Below are positions 51,151 through 51,803 of a stretch of DNA of 51,803 bases, piece by piece. How positions within the stretch are numbered: the first letter of the stretch is position 1; the number at the start of each line of letters is the position of its first letter. This stretch comes from a virus: the IMG/VR virus record IMGVR_UViG_3300001567_000010, positions 1-51,803 of that record; one strand, 5' to 3'. The notes beneath the pieces were generated by a model, which saw only the letters and a list, made by a program, of their open reading frames with translations, made no database searches and had not been told where the DNA came from. A program made the translations under genes and the position numbers.

Positions 51151-51803
51151 GCGAGCAAGTTTGCGAACTCTTCTGTGGAGCCGGGGGTATGGGCCTCGGG
51201 TTCTCGCAGCATTTCAACGTGGTCGAGGCTGTGGACGTCCTGCCGGAGGCGGTCAAGACCTACGGCGCGAACCACCCCGAGACCGACGCCCGTCGGCGGG
51301 ATGTGCGCGACCTCTCCGGCACCCGAGGGGATTTCGACGGTATCACCGGGATCATCGGTGGGCCGCCGTGCCAGGCATGGAGCCGACGAAACATTCGGCA
51401 GACGCCTGACGATCCCCGGGCGACGCTGCTCGACGAATACATGCGGATCGTCGAGGAGGCCCGCCCCCAGTGGTTTGTCCTGGAGAACGTAGTCACGGTG
51501 CCGAAGGCGGCGAAGCAGAGGGTTATTGACCGGGCTAAGGGGCTCGGCTACCATGTGACTTCTGCCTGCCTGAACGCGGCGGACTACGGAGCTGCACAGA
51601 CCCGCCGCCGCTGGATCGCGATCGGGTGCCGAGGGAGAACTATCCTGGAGCCCCGGAAGAGTCGGTCGCGGAGCGTCCGACAGGCGTTCGCAGGGATCCG
51701 GGAAAACTGGGGGATCATGCGCTCGTCGCCGGAGACCCTCGCCCGACTCGCGACCGCCACGACCGACGACTGGGCGGCGATGAACGGAGAGAATCGGAAC
51801 ATG
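51147..51803 (+). CDS. C5-cytosine DNA methyltransferase, N-terminal part (continues at window start to 292)
   Basis: ELFCGAGG, GGPPCQ, LENV, YGAAQTRRRW. Confidence 0.92.
   Translation, partial: MSEQVCELFCGAGGMGLGFSQHFNVVEAVDVLPEAVKTYGANHPETDARRRDVRDLSGTRGDFDGITGIIGGPPCQAWSRRNIRQTPDDPRATLLDEYMRIVEEARPQWFVLENVVTVPKAAKQRVIDRAKGLGYHVTSACLNAADYGAAQTRRRWIAIGCRGRTILEPRKSRSRSVRQAFAGIRENWGIMRSSPETLARLATATTDDWAAMNGENRNM
51737..51803. repeat. Terminal direct repeat, right copy
   Basis: Matches 1-67 with one mismatch. Confidence 0.95.

Noticed and set aside
539-51554. Numerous long antisense or alternate-frame ORFs (e.g. 2280-3296, 7076-8443, 16761-18017, 26897-28123, 33077-34285, 50514-51554)
   Set aside because: Shadow ORFs expected in GC-rich DNA opposite well-supported genes; no motifs. 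Only 40037-40510 carries a meaningful motif.

Overview
The window looks like one complete, circularly assembled genome (about 51,736 bp; 1-67 repeats at 51737-51803 with one mismatch) of a temperate, contractile-tailed head-tail virus. The host is inferred to be archaeal, most plausibly a GC-rich methanogen such as a Methanomicrobiales member. The basis is TATA-type promoters, GAGGTGA-type ribosome-binding sites, RHH regulators, an Hjc-type resolvase, an archaeal-type integrase with a Zn ribbon, and no cell-wall endolysin. Gene order: replication (Prim-Pol/helicase-like fusion, iteron origin, resolvase); packaging and head (TerS, PBSX-type TerL, SPP1-type portal, MuF-like, scaffold, major capsid); neck, contractile tail and baseplate (sheath, tube, frameshifted chaperone, tape measure, hub, spike, PAAR, gp25-, J- and I-like proteins); a diversity-generating retroelement (VR 28596-28705, TR 29097-29206, 20 mismatches all at TR adenines, RT 29362-30426); a leftward early operon carrying a HARP-like/SNF2/IbrA/IbrB module; a rightward early operon with a C5 methyltransferase split over two overlapping frames; an integrase plus RHH switch in which integrase and repressor share a conserved C-terminal helix; and a long early operon with further methyltransferases, a Myb-repeat protein and many Cys-rich microproteins. 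All family names come from motif recognition by eye; no database search was run.
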